Assembly: GCA_963796455.1 (NCBI GenBank)
Contig: CAWCLO010000001.1
Span: forward strand, 96,001 to 160,000
Direction: 5' to 3'
Origin: Candidatus Sulfomarinibacteraceae bacterium
Lineage (GTDB): Bacteria; Acidobacteriota; Thermoanaerobaculia; Thermoanaerobaculales; Sulfomarinibacteraceae
DNA length: 64,000 bases
Below the pieces are notes generated by a model. That model ran no database searches. It was not told the origin of the DNA and saw only the letters and a list, made by a program, of their open reading frames with translations. The translations under genes were made by a program, and so were the position numbers. The first letter of the stretch is position 1. Each line of letters begins with the position of its first letter. Below, in pieces: positions 1 to 9,594 of this stretch.

Positions 1-70
1 GCTGCCACACGAAATAGCGGAAGCCCACACCCTGAACCCGACCGGTGACGACGTAGCAGTTGGTTTTCAT
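1..70 (-). CDS. acyP: Acylphosphatase, N-terminal part (runs off the window start)
   Basis: Manual translation from ATG at 70: MKTNCYVVTGRVQGVGFRYFVWQ, with the acylphosphatase GRVQGVGFR signature. Not in the ORF track because it is truncated. Confidence 0.85.
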   Translation of the reverse strand, partial: MKTNCYVVTGRVQGVGFRYFVWQ

Positions 71-101
71 GATCCACCAAACACAACAACCGCCAACGGC
101 C

Positions 102-731
102 TCAGGATTCCGGTTCGGCCTCCGTTTTTCTGCCGGCACGACGGCCGTAATGCTGAATCAGCCAGAACCCACCGACGAGAAGCACCACAAACCCAACCGA
201 GAGCCAGTTGAACCACTCGAAAATAAAATCTTTGATGGGCTCGCCAAACAGATAGAGCAGCACCCCGATGACCATGAATCGAAGAGATCTGGAGACCAAC
301 GATGCGAGGACAAAGATCTTGAAATTGATCTTGAACGCCCCCCCGGAGATCGTGAAGACCTTGTATGGTATCGGTGTCAGACCCGCAATTCCTGTCGCCC
401 ACGCGTTGTAACGGTCGTAGAGACGCTCGACTGCATGGATCTTGTTTTCGTTGAAGAATCGGTAGAGGATCGGCCGCCCGCCGTAGAGACCGATTCCGTA
501 ACCGGCAATCCCCCCGAGAACACTGCCGACAGAGCAGATGACGCCATACCAGATGGCGTGTTCGGGCCTCGCCACTCCGAGGGCGATGAGCAGAACATCC
601 GGTGGGATCGGAAAGAACGAGCTCTCGGCAAATGCCAGCAAAAAGAGCCACAGTCCGGGGTACGGCAGGGCAGCGAGCTGGTCGATGAATTCAAACAGCC
701 ACTCTTTGATTCCGTGCAGCCACTCTTTCAA
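102..731 (-). CDS. YqaA/DedA (SNARE-associated/VTT) family membrane protein
   Basis: AFAESSFFPIPPDVLL and GLTPIPYKVFTI motifs. A TTG start at 731 overlaps the pcm TGA (TTGA). Confidence 0.85.
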   Translation of the reverse strand: MKEWLHGIKEWLFEFIDQLAALPYPGLWLFLLAFAESSFFPIPPDVLLIALGVARPEHAIWYGVICSVGSVLGGIAGYGIGLYGGRPILYRFFNENKIHAVERLYDRYNAWATGIAGLTPIPYKVFTISGGAFKINFKIFVLASLVSRSLRFMVIGVLLYLFGEPIKDFIFEWFNWLSVGFVVLLVGGFWLIQHYGRRAGRKTEAEPES

Positions 732-1387
732 CCTGAACGATCCTCCCAGCCGTGGCGGCCAATCAGCGGTACGAAACACGCACCCTGCAGTTCGTGCTCG
801 AAGGTGCGGTCGCCACGGCGCTCGACGATTTTCAAAACCTGGGTATCGCGGGAACCTACGGGAACGACGAGGCGTCCCCCGTCGGCGAGTTGGTCAACCA
901 GGGGGGCCGGCACTTCCGGCGCACCCGCGGTGACGAGTATGGCGTCATACGGAGCCTGGGCACGCCACCCGAGGGTGCCGTCCATGACCTTGATGCTGAG
1001 ATTCTCCACCCCGAGATGATCGAGAACCGCCTTGGCCTGACGGGCCAGCGAAGCCACACGCTCGACCGAGAAAACGAAGCGAGCCAAACGGGCCAGTACC
1101 GCCGCCTGATAGCCGGAGCCGGTACCGATCTCGAGCACCTTGTCGCCATCCTTGATGCGAGCCGTCTCGGTCATCAAAGCGACGACCCTGGGCTGCGAAA
1201 TGGTCTGGCCCTCGCCGATATTGATCGAGACGTTGTCCGAGTATGCCTGATGGCGGAGTGCCTCGGGAATGAAGAGGTGGCGTGGGATCTCGGCCATCGC
1301 GTCGAGGATACGCCGGTCGGTGATGCCGCCCCTTTGCAACGAATCGACCATTTGCTGCCGGCGATAATCGAAAGCGTCCGTTGCCAT
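728..1387 (-). CDS. pcm: Protein-L-isoaspartate(D-aspartate) O-methyltransferase
   Basis: IGEGQTISQP, VLEIGTGSGYQAA, APYDAILVTA motifs; directly downstream of surE. Confidence 0.95.
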   Translation of the reverse strand: MATDAFDYRRQQMVDSLQRGGITDRRILDAMAEIPRHLFIPEALRHQAYSDNVSINIGEGQTISQPRVVALMTETARIKDGDKVLEIGTGSGYQAAVLARLARFVFSVERVASLARQAKAVLDHLGVENLSIKVMDGTLGWRAQAPYDAILVTAGAPEVPAPLVDQLADGGRLVVPVGSRDTQVLKIVERRGDRTFEHELQGACFVPLIGRHGWEDRSG

Positions 1388-1389
1388 AA

Positions 1390-2169
1390 TCAGCCTTCCG
1401 AAGCAACCGAGGAATCCAACCAGGCCGGCTGTCTCTCGCGCAGACGATCAAGATTCTTGTGGTCGGTCATATCGAGTTGCAGTGGGGAGACCGAGATATA
1501 GCCTGAACCGACCTCGTGAAAATCGGTATCCGGTATCGGTTCCCACACGGGTTGGCCGCCACCGATCCAGAAGATCTGGCGGCCGCGGGGATCTTTCTCC
1601 TCGACCACGCCCTCGGTATAGCGCCGGACACCGAGACGCGTCAGTCGCACCCCGAGGGGCGTACCGAGCGGGACATTGACATTGAGCAGGGTGTCCGCCG
1701 GGAGGCCGGTGGCCAGGATCCACCGGCTCAGCTCGCACGCAAACTTGGCCGCCAGATGAAAACTCAGGCCCTCACCCACTCCAAGCGAAATCGCCATCGC
1801 CGGAACCCCGAGTATCACGCCTTCAAATGCCGCTGAAACCGTGCCGGAGTAGTGGACATCGGCCCCCATGTTGAAACCGAAATTGATTCCCGAAACCACG
1901 AGGTCCGGCGGCCGGCCCTTCATCAGTTTTGAAATAGCGATGGCCACGCAGTCGGTGGGCGTGCCATCGACCGCCATTCGGTGTTCCCCCAGACGTTTGA
2001 CCCGTAACGGACGATCCAGGGTCAGGGCATGGGACACCGCCGATTGTTCGCTGTCGGGAGCCACGACCCACACCTCTCCGAGCACATCGAGTGCGTCGGC
2101 GAGGATCTGGATGCCTTCCGAGGTATATCCGTCGTCGTTGGTGACCAGGATTCGGGGACGTTCTGCCAT
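1390..2169 (-). CDS. surE: 5'/3'-nucleotidase SurE
   Basis: ILVTNDDG, GTPTDCV, SGINFG.N.G.DVHYSGTV motifs. Confidence 0.95.
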   Translation of the reverse strand: MAERPRILVTNDDGYTSEGIQILADALDVLGEVWVVAPDSEQSAVSHALTLDRPLRVKRLGEHRMAVDGTPTDCVAIAISKLMKGRPPDLVVSGINFGFNMGADVHYSGTVSAAFEGVILGVPAMAISLGVGEGLSFHLAAKFACELSRWILATGLPADTLLNVNVPLGTPLGVRLTRLGVRRYTEGVVEEKDPRGRQIFWIGGGQPVWEPIPDTDFHEVGSGYISVSPLQLDMTDHKNLDRLRERQPAWLDSSVASEG

Positions 2170-2200
2170 CGGGGGATTCTAGCGCAGCGCAGGGTGGAAA

Positions 2201-2380
2201 GGGGGCAGAGGAGAAAAGGAGAAAGGGGGAAAGGGGGAATCCAGATCGATTTCGGATTTGGGATTTCGAATTTCGAATTTTCGGCGTGTCCACTGTTGGC
2301 AGAGGGGCGGAGGGGCGGAGGGGCAGAGGACCCGCTCGGCATCCTCGCTATCGCTATCGCTATCGGAATCGCTGTCGAAC
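2201..2380. repeat. Stacked short tandem arrays: purine-rich 8-mers, (G/A)ATTTCG 7-mers, GGGGCGGA 8-mers, ATCGCT 6-mers
   Basis: gggggcagaggagaaaaggagaaagggggaaagggggaa; atttcggatttgggatttcgaatttcgaatt; gcagaggggcggaggggcggaggggcagagg; atcgctatcgctatcgctatcgg. Confidence 0.8.
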
Positions 2381-2422
2381 GGCTGTTGTGGAAACCCTTC
2401 CCGAATGGAAGTGTCACCGCCC

Positions 2423-2543
2423 GATGTCATCCTGAGCGGAGCCCCCCAGGGGCGCAGTCGAAGGATCTATGAGATGAATGGAACAACCTCAGTTCGCAGA
2501 TCCTTCGACTTCGCGCCGAAGGCGCTACGCTCAGGATGACATC
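2423..2543. repeat. REP/REPIN-like palindromic element, copy 1
   Basis: Terminal IR GATGTCATCCTGAGCG (2423-2438) / CGCTCAGGATGACATC (2528-2543); inner IR AGTCGAAGGATCT / AGATCCTTCGACT; second copy at 32087-32204. Confidence 0.9.
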
Positions 2544-2721
2544 TTGAACGACAGTTCCGATCCCGTTCCCCTTCCCGTTCCCGACAGCACGAGCGAGAAT
2601 CATAGTGATGGACTCATTCAAGCGATTGAAGCTGCCCCTAGATTGTGCGATAATTCACATCCGCTTGAGGCGATAGGTAAAGCCTCGCGAATCCACGAAT
2701 TACCCTGCGAAGGGAGCACAT

Positions 2722-4305
2722 ATGAAGCGAGAAATCCTCCTCGGGGATGAAGCGATCGGTCTCGGCGCCATTGACGCCGGGCTCAGCGGCATCTACGGCT
2801 ATCCAGGAACGCCATCTACCGAAATATTTGAATTTGTCGAACGGCGCACCAAAAAGGCCGGCGATATCCACGCCTTCTGGTCGACCAACGAAAAGGTGGC
2901 CTACGAAGAGGCCCTCGGGATGAGCTGGGCAGGCAAACGCGCCCTCGTCTGCATGAAACACGTCGGCCTCAACGTCGCCGCCGATGCATTCATGAACTCA
3001 GCCGTCACTGGAACCAACGGCGGTCTGGTGTTGGCCGTGGCCGACGACCCCGGGATGCACTCTTCGCAGAACGAGCAGGACAGCCGGTTTTTCGCTCAAT
3101 TCGCGCTCATCCCCTGTTTCGAGCCACGCAACCAACAGGAATGTTACGACATGATGTTCGAGGCCTTCGAGCTCTCCGAGGAGCTGTTGTTGCCGGTGAT
3201 GGTCCGCCTGGTAACCCGGATCGCCCACAGCCGTTCCGGGGTCGAAACCCGCGAGCGCCGACTGCAGAATGAGCTCCAACCAACCCGGGAGATCAAAAAA
3301 TGGACCCTGCTCCCAACCAACGCCCGGGTCCAGTACAAACACCTCACTGAAAAACAACCGGAGCTCCTGCGTCGAGCGGAAGACTCGAGCCACAACGAAC
3401 TCGTGCTCAAAGGAAGTTCGGGAATCCTCGTCTGCGGTCTCGGCGACAACTATCTCCGGGAAAACCTCGAGTCGGATCACGAGTATTCGATCCTGAGTGT
3501 GCGCCAATACCCCCTCCCCTCGGGGAAGGTCCGCGAGTTGGTGGACCACGTCGACGATCTCCTGGTGATCGAGGACGGTTATCCCCTGGTCGAAAGCATG
3601 GTCCGCGGGCTCTTCGGCATCCAGGGCGTCGAAATCAAGGGCCGGATGACGGGCGAGCTGCCCCGCACCGGTGAGCTGACGCCGGATGTCGTGCGCACCG
3701 CGCTCGGGCTCGAGCCTCGACCCACGGCCCATGAGCCCGAAACCGAAATTGCCAACCGGCCGCCGGCTCTGTGCAAGGGCTGCCCCCACACCGACTCGTT
3801 CCGAGCCCTCAACGAGGCCCTCAACATTTTCGACAACCCTCAGGTCTTCTCGGACATCGGCTGCTACACCCTGGCCGCCCTGCCGCCGCTCGAAGCGGTT
3901 CACAGCTGCGTTGCAATGGGCGCTTCGATCGGGATGGCTGCCGGCGCGGCTCATGCCGGTTATTCTCCGGCAGTGGCCGCAATCGGCGACAGCACCTTCT
4001 CCCACGGCGGCATCACGCCGCTGTTGTCCGCGGTTCAACAAAACGTCAACCTCAATGTGCTGGTTGTCGACAACAGCACCGTCGGGATGACCGGCACCCA
4101 GCGCTCCATGTCCACGGGTTCGACGCTGGATCAGATCATTCTCGGAACCGGCATCTCGGAGGATCACTTCCGGATCATCGAGCCCACTCCACGAAATCAC
4201 GATCAGAATGTGGAGGTCATGCGCGAAGAGCTCGCCTTCGACGGTCCGAGCGTGATTGTCGCCCGCCGCGCCTGTATCGAAGCGCTCAAGACCAGAGCGA
4301 ACTGA
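2722..4305 (+). CDS. iorA: Indolepyruvate:ferredoxin oxidoreductase alpha subunit (short form, no C-terminal ferredoxin domain)
   Basis: GYPGTPSTEI, NEKVAYE, MKHVGLNVAAD, SSQNEQD, RPPALCKGCPH, SDIGCYTL and the TPP motif IGDSTF.H.G. Confidence 0.92.
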   Translation: MKREILLGDEAIGLGAIDAGLSGIYGYPGTPSTEIFEFVERRTKKAGDIHAFWSTNEKVAYEEALGMSWAGKRALVCMKHVGLNVAADAFMNSAVTGTNGGLVLAVADDPGMHSSQNEQDSRFFAQFALIPCFEPRNQQECYDMMFEAFELSEELLLPVMVRLVTRIAHSRSGVETRERRLQNELQPTREIKKWTLLPTNARVQYKHLTEKQPELLRRAEDSSHNELVLKGSSGILVCGLGDNYLRENLESDHEYSILSVRQYPLPSGKVRELVDHVDDLLVIEDGYPLVESMVRGLFGIQGVEIKGRMTGELPRTGELTPDVVRTALGLEPRPTAHEPETEIANRPPALCKGCPHTDSFRALNEALNIFDNPQVFSDIGCYTLAALPPLEAVHSCVAMGASIGMAAGAAHAGYSPAVAAIGDSTFSHGGITPLLSAVQQNVNLNVLVVDNSTVGMTGTQRSMSTGSTLDQIILGTGISEDHFRIIEPTPRNHDQNVEVMREELAFDGPSVIVARRACIEALKTRAN

Positions 4306-4317
4306 GGACCAAATACG

Positions 4318-5085
4318 ATGGAAAAGAACATCATCCTCGCCGGTGTCGGTGGCCAGGGCATCCTGTCCATCGCCTTCGTGATCGACAATGCTGCGCTCGA
4401 CGCAGGGTTTCACTTCAAACAAGCCGAGGTTCACGGCATGGCGCAGCGCGGCGGCGCGGTGCAATCGAACCTCCGTTATGGCGACTCGGAGATCTACTCC
4501 GACATCATCCCCAAGGGTAAGGCCGATATCGTGCTTTCGGTGGAACCGCTCGAAGTCATGCGCTACCGCCACTATCTCCGACCGGGTGGTTGGGTGGTGA
4601 CCAGCACCACCCCGTACGTCAATATCCCGGACTATCCGGAAATCGACACCCTGCTGGCGGATCTCGCAGATCTCGACAATATCGTCATGGTCGACACCGC
4701 CCACTTCGCCCGCGCCGCCGGCAACCTCCGGGCGCAGAATATGGTGGCGGTAGGCGCAGCCTCGCCGTTGCTAGATTTCGAAGAGGACCGGCTCCTCGCT
4801 TTTGTCGAAATGCTGTTTGGCCGCAAGGGAGAAAAGATCGTTTTGGTAAATCAACGCGCCTTTCGTTTCGGCCGCGCCGCCGGCCTTTTCTTCCGCGGCC
4901 TTTCCGAGGCCGGGATGAAGCGGCTCGACGCGCTCAAGTTGATTGCAAAACTCGAGCCCGAGTCCATCGACGCGACTCATGCCGGCGTCTGGGCGGAAGC
5001 CCTCGCCGGAGACACGGCCAAACTCGAAGCGGTCATCGCTGAAGAAGAAGCCGTGGCCTGCGACCGGGCCGCAGCCTTCGCGTGA
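4318..5085 (+). CDS. iorB: Indolepyruvate oxidoreductase beta subunit (with C-terminal extension)
   Basis: ILAGVGGQGIL and EVHGMAQRGGAV motifs; follows iorA. Confidence 0.9.
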   Translation: MEKNIILAGVGGQGILSIAFVIDNAALDAGFHFKQAEVHGMAQRGGAVQSNLRYGDSEIYSDIIPKGKADIVLSVEPLEVMRYRHYLRPGGWVVTSTTPYVNIPDYPEIDTLLADLADLDNIVMVDTAHFARAAGNLRAQNMVAVGAASPLLDFEEDRLLAFVEMLFGRKGEKIVLVNQRAFRFGRAAGLFFRGLSEAGMKRLDALKLIAKLEPESIDATHAGVWAEALAGDTAKLEAVIAEEEAVACDRAAAFA

Positions 5086-5095
5086 GGGGGAACAG

Positions 5096-7477
5096 ATGTC
5101 CATTGATACCGACCGGATCCAGGAGATCCTGAACGCGGCCCACGCTGAAGGACGGAGCAGTCTGTACGAGCACGAGTGTTACGGGCTGCAGGAGGCCATC
5201 GGCGCCGAAGCCGCCCCGGCCAACCGCCTGATTCTGATGGGACAGCGCCCGACCGCTGCCGACCTCGACCACCTCACAGGCGACAAGGTCGTGCTCAAGA
5301 TCGTGTCGCCGGACATCACCCACAAGACCGAGGCCAAAGGCGTACGCATTGTTGCGCGGGAGATCGGTGCGGTGGAAGCGGCCTTCGACCTGATGATGCG
5401 GGAGGTCCCCGAAACATATGCGGCTTACCTCGAGAACCACGAGGGCGAGGTTCCCGTCGCCTTGGCCGGGCGCCGAGGCCACGGTCTCGAACAGCAGGTC
5501 ACGAATCGAATTGCCGGCATCCTTTTATGTTCGTTCATGCCTCCGGATTCGCAGGGTTTTGCGACCGAGCTCTTTGTCGGCATCCGCAACACCGAGGAGT
5601 TCGGGCCCATCATCTCCGCCGGTCTGGGTGGAGTCGAAATGGAACTTCTGGCCCGGCAGACGAGAAAGGGCGCGGCGGTCGCGATCGCTCCCACGGGCAC
5701 CATCGACGGCGAGCAGTTCTTCAAGCTCTTTCAGAGCACTCTCAGCTACAGCCGATTGTCGGGCGCCATGCGCGGCTCGCGACGGCTGCTCGAGGACGCC
5801 ATCCTGATCGAGTGCTTTCAGGCGTTTATCGACCTCGCAAACCATTTCTCGGCCATGAACCCCGATGCCGCCTTCCACCTCGAAGAACTCGAGGTCAACC
5901 CCTATGCCGCCTCCGGTGGACGCATGGCGCCCCTCGACGGGCTGTGCCGCTTCCGCCCGGCCAGAATCCGCAAGACCTCCAGGACGGTCGACAAGATCGG
6001 CGCCCTGCTCAAACCACAATCAGTGGCTATCATCGGAGTTTCCGCAAACAGCCGCAACATGGGGCGGATCATTCTCGACAACATGCTCGCCGCCGGTTTT
6101 GATCGCAACGGCGTCCAGATCGTCCATCCCACCGCGAGCGAAATCGACGACATACCCTGCGTCGCGAGCGTTGCATCGATGGCTGAGAAAGTCGACCTCT
6201 TCGTGGTGGCCATCGGCGCCGACAGGGTCGCGTCGGTCATCAACGATCTTGTCGAACATGACCGGGCCAACTCGGTCATCCTGATTCCCGGCGGTATCGG
6301 CGAAAAGGAGGGCAGCCAAAATCTCGAGGCCGAGCTCAGAGACCGAATCGGCGCGGCCCATCAGAAGGATGGCGGTGGACCGCTCTTCCTCGGTGGCAAT
6401 TCACTCGGAGTCATCTCCCATCCCGGGAACTACGACACCATGTTCATCCCCGACAGCAAACTGCCGAAATCGAGGCGCAAAAAGGCACGCAAACTGTGCT
6501 TCATCTCCCAGTCGGGCGCCTTCATCATCTCCAATCTGAGCCGCATGCCGTGGCTCGACCCGGCCTATGCCCTCTCGATCGGCAACCAGATCGACCTCAC
6601 GGCCGGCGACCTCTTGTCGTATATCAAAGATGACCCCGAGATCGAGGTTTTTGCGGTCTATATGGAGGGATTCCAACCCTGCGACGGCCACAAATTCGCT
6701 GCCGCGGTCAAGGAGACCGTGGCCCTCGGCAAGGATGTGGTGTTTTACAAAGCCGGACGAACCATGGAGGGTCGCTCGGCGACCGCCGGTCACACCGCAT
6801 CGGTGGCCGGGGACTACGCAGTCTGCGAGAACGCGATCGCCCAGGCCGGGGCATATGTCGCGGCTGATTTCAACGAGTTCTCGGATTTCCTGCGCGTGGC
6901 ACTGCCCCTGCGCGGCAAGAAGGCATCGGGCAACCGGCTGGCCGCGGTTTCCAATGCCGGTTATGAATCGGTGGGAATGGCCGATTCGATCAAGCGGAAC
7001 GGTGCCGAATTGGTGCTCCCGCCTTTCGCGGCGCGGACCGAAGAGGCCCTGGCAAAGATCCTCTCCGACAATCGCCTCGACGGCCTGGTTGACGTGAAGA
7101 ACCCATTCGATGTCACACCGATGGCGGGCGACACCGTTTTCACCGATATGGTCGTCGAAGTCCTCGGGGACCGCCACATCGATGCGGCCGTGGTCGGCAT
7201 CGTGCCGCTGACCCCGGCGATGCAGACCCTCGCCCCGGGGGAAGGCCACCGCGAATCGATCCTCGATCCCGGTTCGGTCGCCCAACTCCTTCCCGGAGCC
7301 ATATCCGCCAGCGACAAACCGGTGGTGACGGTCGTCGATTCGGGGGTGTTATTCGATCCCCTGGTGAGCGCCCTCAGAAGCGGCGGCCTACCGGTATTTC
7401 GATCCGCCGACCGCGCAGTGCGGGCGTTGTGCAAGTGGATCGACGTAAAAGAACGGAACCAGAGGGCCATCTCCTAG
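5096..7477 (+). CDS. ADP-forming acyl-CoA synthetase (acetate--CoA ligase family), ATP-grasp + CoA-binding fusion
   Basis: N-terminal VVLKIVSPDITHKTE ATP-grasp; then LLKPQSVAIIGVS, LGGNSLG, ISQSGA, SIGNQIDL and the phospho-His motif TAGHTASVAG. Start at ATG 5096 after the GAGGGGG RBS. Confidence 0.88.
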   Translation: MSIDTDRIQEILNAAHAEGRSSLYEHECYGLQEAIGAEAAPANRLILMGQRPTAADLDHLTGDKVVLKIVSPDITHKTEAKGVRIVAREIGAVEAAFDLMMREVPETYAAYLENHEGEVPVALAGRRGHGLEQQVTNRIAGILLCSFMPPDSQGFATELFVGIRNTEEFGPIISAGLGGVEMELLARQTRKGAAVAIAPTGTIDGEQFFKLFQSTLSYSRLSGAMRGSRRLLEDAILIECFQAFIDLANHFSAMNPDAAFHLEELEVNPYAASGGRMAPLDGLCRFRPARIRKTSRTVDKIGALLKPQSVAIIGVSANSRNMGRIILDNMLAAGFDRNGVQIVHPTASEIDDIPCVASVASMAEKVDLFVVAIGADRVASVINDLVEHDRANSVILIPGGIGEKEGSQNLEAELRDRIGAAHQKDGGGPLFLGGNSLGVISHPGNYDTMFIPDSKLPKSRRKKARKLCFISQSGAFIISNLSRMPWLDPAYALSIGNQIDLTAGDLLSYIKDDPEIEVFAVYMEGFQPCDGHKFAAAVKETVALGKDVVFYKAGRTMEGRSATAGHTASVAGDYAVCENAIAQAGAYVAADFNEFSDFLRVALPLRGKKASGNRLAAVSNAGYESVGMADSIKRNGAELVLPPFAARTEEALAKILSDNRLDGLVDVKNPFDVTPMAGDTVFTDMVVEVLGDRHIDAAVVGIVPLTPAMQTLAPGEGHRESILDPGSVAQLLPGAISASDKPVVTVVDSGVLFDPLVSALRSGGLPVFRSADRAVRALCKWIDVKERNQRAIS

Positions 7478-7561
7478 GAGATCAATCTTCCTTCCGAACC
7501 GTGTCCCAATTTCGACGACTGGATTGTGGAACGGGTACTGGATCGGGATCGGAGTAACGTT

Positions 7562-7984
7562 GTGAAGTCTCTGACAAAAAAACTGTTGCTCAACATCACG
7601 GACCGGATGGAGTTCGTCAACATCACGCCAAAGGTGGAAGAAGCCGTCCACGAATCCGGCGTCCGCGAAGGGTTGTGTCTGGTCAATGCAATGCACATCA
7701 CGGCGTCGGTTTTTATCAATGACGATGAACCCGGCCTCCATCGCGACTACAAACGATGGCTCGAAGAGCTCGCCCCCTTCGATCCCTCTCCCGAGCGCTA
7801 CCACCACAACAGGACCGGCGAGGACAACGCCGACGCCCACCACAAACGGCAGATCATGGGTCGTGAGGTCGTCGTCGCCATCACCGATGGTCGACTCGAT
7901 TTCGGCCCCTGGGAGCAGATCTTCTACGGTGAGTTCGACGGACGACGACAGAAGCGGGTGATGATCAAGATCATTGGGGAATGA
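7562..7984 (+). CDS. yjbQ: YjbQ / UPF0047 family protein (secondary thiamine-phosphate synthase-like)
   Basis: [40 protein letters not shown] motifs; GTG start. Confidence 0.9.
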   Translation: MKSLTKKLLLNITDRMEFVNITPKVEEAVHESGVREGLCLVNAMHITASVFINDDEPGLHRDYKRWLEELAPFDPSPERYHHNRTGEDNADAHHKRQIMGREVVVAITDGRLDFGPWEQIFYGEFDGRRQKRVMIKIIGE

Positions 7985-7993
7985 GGAAAGAGA

Positions 7994-8232
7994 AATTTGG
8001 AATTTCGGATTTCGAATTTCGGATTTCGATTTCGATTTCGGATTTCGGATTTCGGATTTCGGATTTTCGCCGATCCATCGCATGAGAAACCACAGATTAC
8101 GCAGATAAGCGCAGATTAAGAAATGCTCTCGGAATGAATATTCCGATCGCTGATCGCGGTCGCTGTTACTGATCGCTGATCACTGTCGCCGTCGCTGGAC
8201 ACTGACCGCTGATCCCGATTCCCTGGCGCTGA
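7994..8232. repeat. Intergenic stack: ~11 (G/A)ATTTCG 7-mers, CGCAGAT(T/A)A ~9-mers, and GATCGCTG/CGCTG hexamer-like units
   Basis: 7994-8069 aatttcggatttcgaatttcggatttcg...; 8088-8118 cacagattacgcagataagcgcagatt; 8144-8232 gatcgctgatcgcggtcgctg...; lies between convergent genes. Confidence 0.85.
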
Positions 8233-8245
8233 CCATTGTTCTGCG

Positions 8246-9178
8246 CTATCTGCGGTCTGCAGCGAGAGACAGCGGTGGCTCGCGGCGTCCTTTGTCCCTG
8301 AACACGCCGTACACCCCCCCGACGATGAGCGCCATTCCGGCGACGGTGTAGCCCGTGATCGATTCGCCGAGGATCAACCAGCCGAGCAGGACGGCGATCG
8401 CCGGGTTGACGTAGGCGTAGGTCATGACCACCGCGGTCGGCAGCAACTTGAGGGCGTAGATGAACGAGGTGTAGGCAAAGAGCGACCCGAAGACCACAAG
8501 ATAGGCCCACGCTCCCCACGCCGAGGGAGTCGGGTCAGGCAATGGCTCGCGCACCAGAAGGGCAACCGCCACGAAGCCAATCCCGCCGATGAGCTGCTGC
8601 CAACCAGCCACCACGATCGGATCCAGAGGCAAAGCACCCCGATTGACGACAATTGAACCGAGACCCCAACTGGTGGCGGCAAAGATCACCGCCAGGACAC
8701 CGAACAGATCCGACCGGACTCCGTCCTTCAACATCGGATAGGTCAACACCATCAGACCACCAAAACCCACCACAAGGGAGGTCACGAGCAATACCGACGG
8801 TGGCCGCCGGTCAATCAGGCCCTCCATCGTCGCGACCCAGATCGGCATGCTGCCGACGATCAGCGCCGCCAGACCGGAGTCGATTCGCTGCTCGGCCCAG
8901 TTGACGGCTCCATTGCCTCCTACCCAAAGAAGCAGACCAGTGGCGGCCAGGATCCCGAGTTCGGTCTTCGTCGGGCGAAGCCTGGTCTTGCGCAGGAGAT
9001 TGAAGGCCAAGATCACGGCGGCCGCCAGAACAACTCGGGAGGCGCCGAGCCAGAATGGTCCCCACCCGGCTCCTTCGCGCACCGCGATTCGAATCGCGAG
9101 GTAGGTGCTGCCCCACACGACGTAGGTCACAAAAAGGTGAAAAAGTCCGGCCGCCGGGAGACTTCGAGTGCCGCTCAT
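8246..9178 (-). CDS. EamA/DMT family transporter (YedA-like)
   Basis: YVVWGSTYLAIR, YLVVFGS, YAYVNPAIAVLLG; about 10 TM segments. Confidence 0.9.
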   Translation of the reverse strand: MSGTRSLPAAGLFHLFVTYVVWGSTYLAIRIAVREGAGWGPFWLGASRVVLAAAVILAFNLLRKTRLRPTKTELGILAATGLLLWVGGNGAVNWAEQRIDSGLAALIVGSMPIWVATMEGLIDRRPPSVLLVTSLVVGFGGLMVLTYPMLKDGVRSDLFGVLAVIFAATSWGLGSIVVNRGALPLDPIVVAGWQQLIGGIGFVAVALLVREPLPDPTPSAWGAWAYLVVFGSLFAYTSFIYALKLLPTAVVMTYAYVNPAIAVLLGWLILGESITGYTVAGMALIVGGVYGVFRDKGRREPPLSLAADRR

Positions 9179-9573
9179 CGGGGATCCTCGGTCGCAATTC
9201 TGGTGGTCACGAATCCGAGCTGTTCACAACCACGGATCAGAACCACCCCACGGAGCACGCCGAGGGCGTTGAGCGAATCCTCATCCAGGCGCCGGTAGAG
9301 CCAGAATTCGTCACCGGGTTGCCACTGGCCCAACAGGGTGTCCCAGCGCGCCTCCATCGAGTCTTTCGAAAGGTTGGCAGTCAACACCTCGACCCGGGCC
9401 TCGGTCCGGGTCAGCTCGCGCTCCATCCAGGCGGCCGGGATCTCCCATTCGCCAAGGATCTCGTCACTGCAGGCAAAGTTTCTTGTGATAGTTGAGGTCG
9501 AACACGAAGCACAGATGCACAAGGCTGTCAGCACGAGCGCGGTCATCCTCGCAGACGATATGAGTCGAATCAC
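9175..9573 (-). CDS. Hypothetical exported protein / possible lipoprotein
   Basis: Hydrophobic N-terminus ending in CASC; stop overlaps the EamA start (ATGA), which supports a real gene. Confidence 0.6.
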   Translation of the reverse strand: MIRLISSARMTALVLTALCICASCSTSTITRNFACSDEILGEWEIPAAWMERELTRTEARVEVLTANLSKDSMEARWDTLLGQWQPGDEFWLYRRLDEDSLNALGVLRGVVLIRGCEQLGFVTTRIATEDPR

Positions 9574-9594
9574 GCGAGTCCGTTGCCCCAGCAG

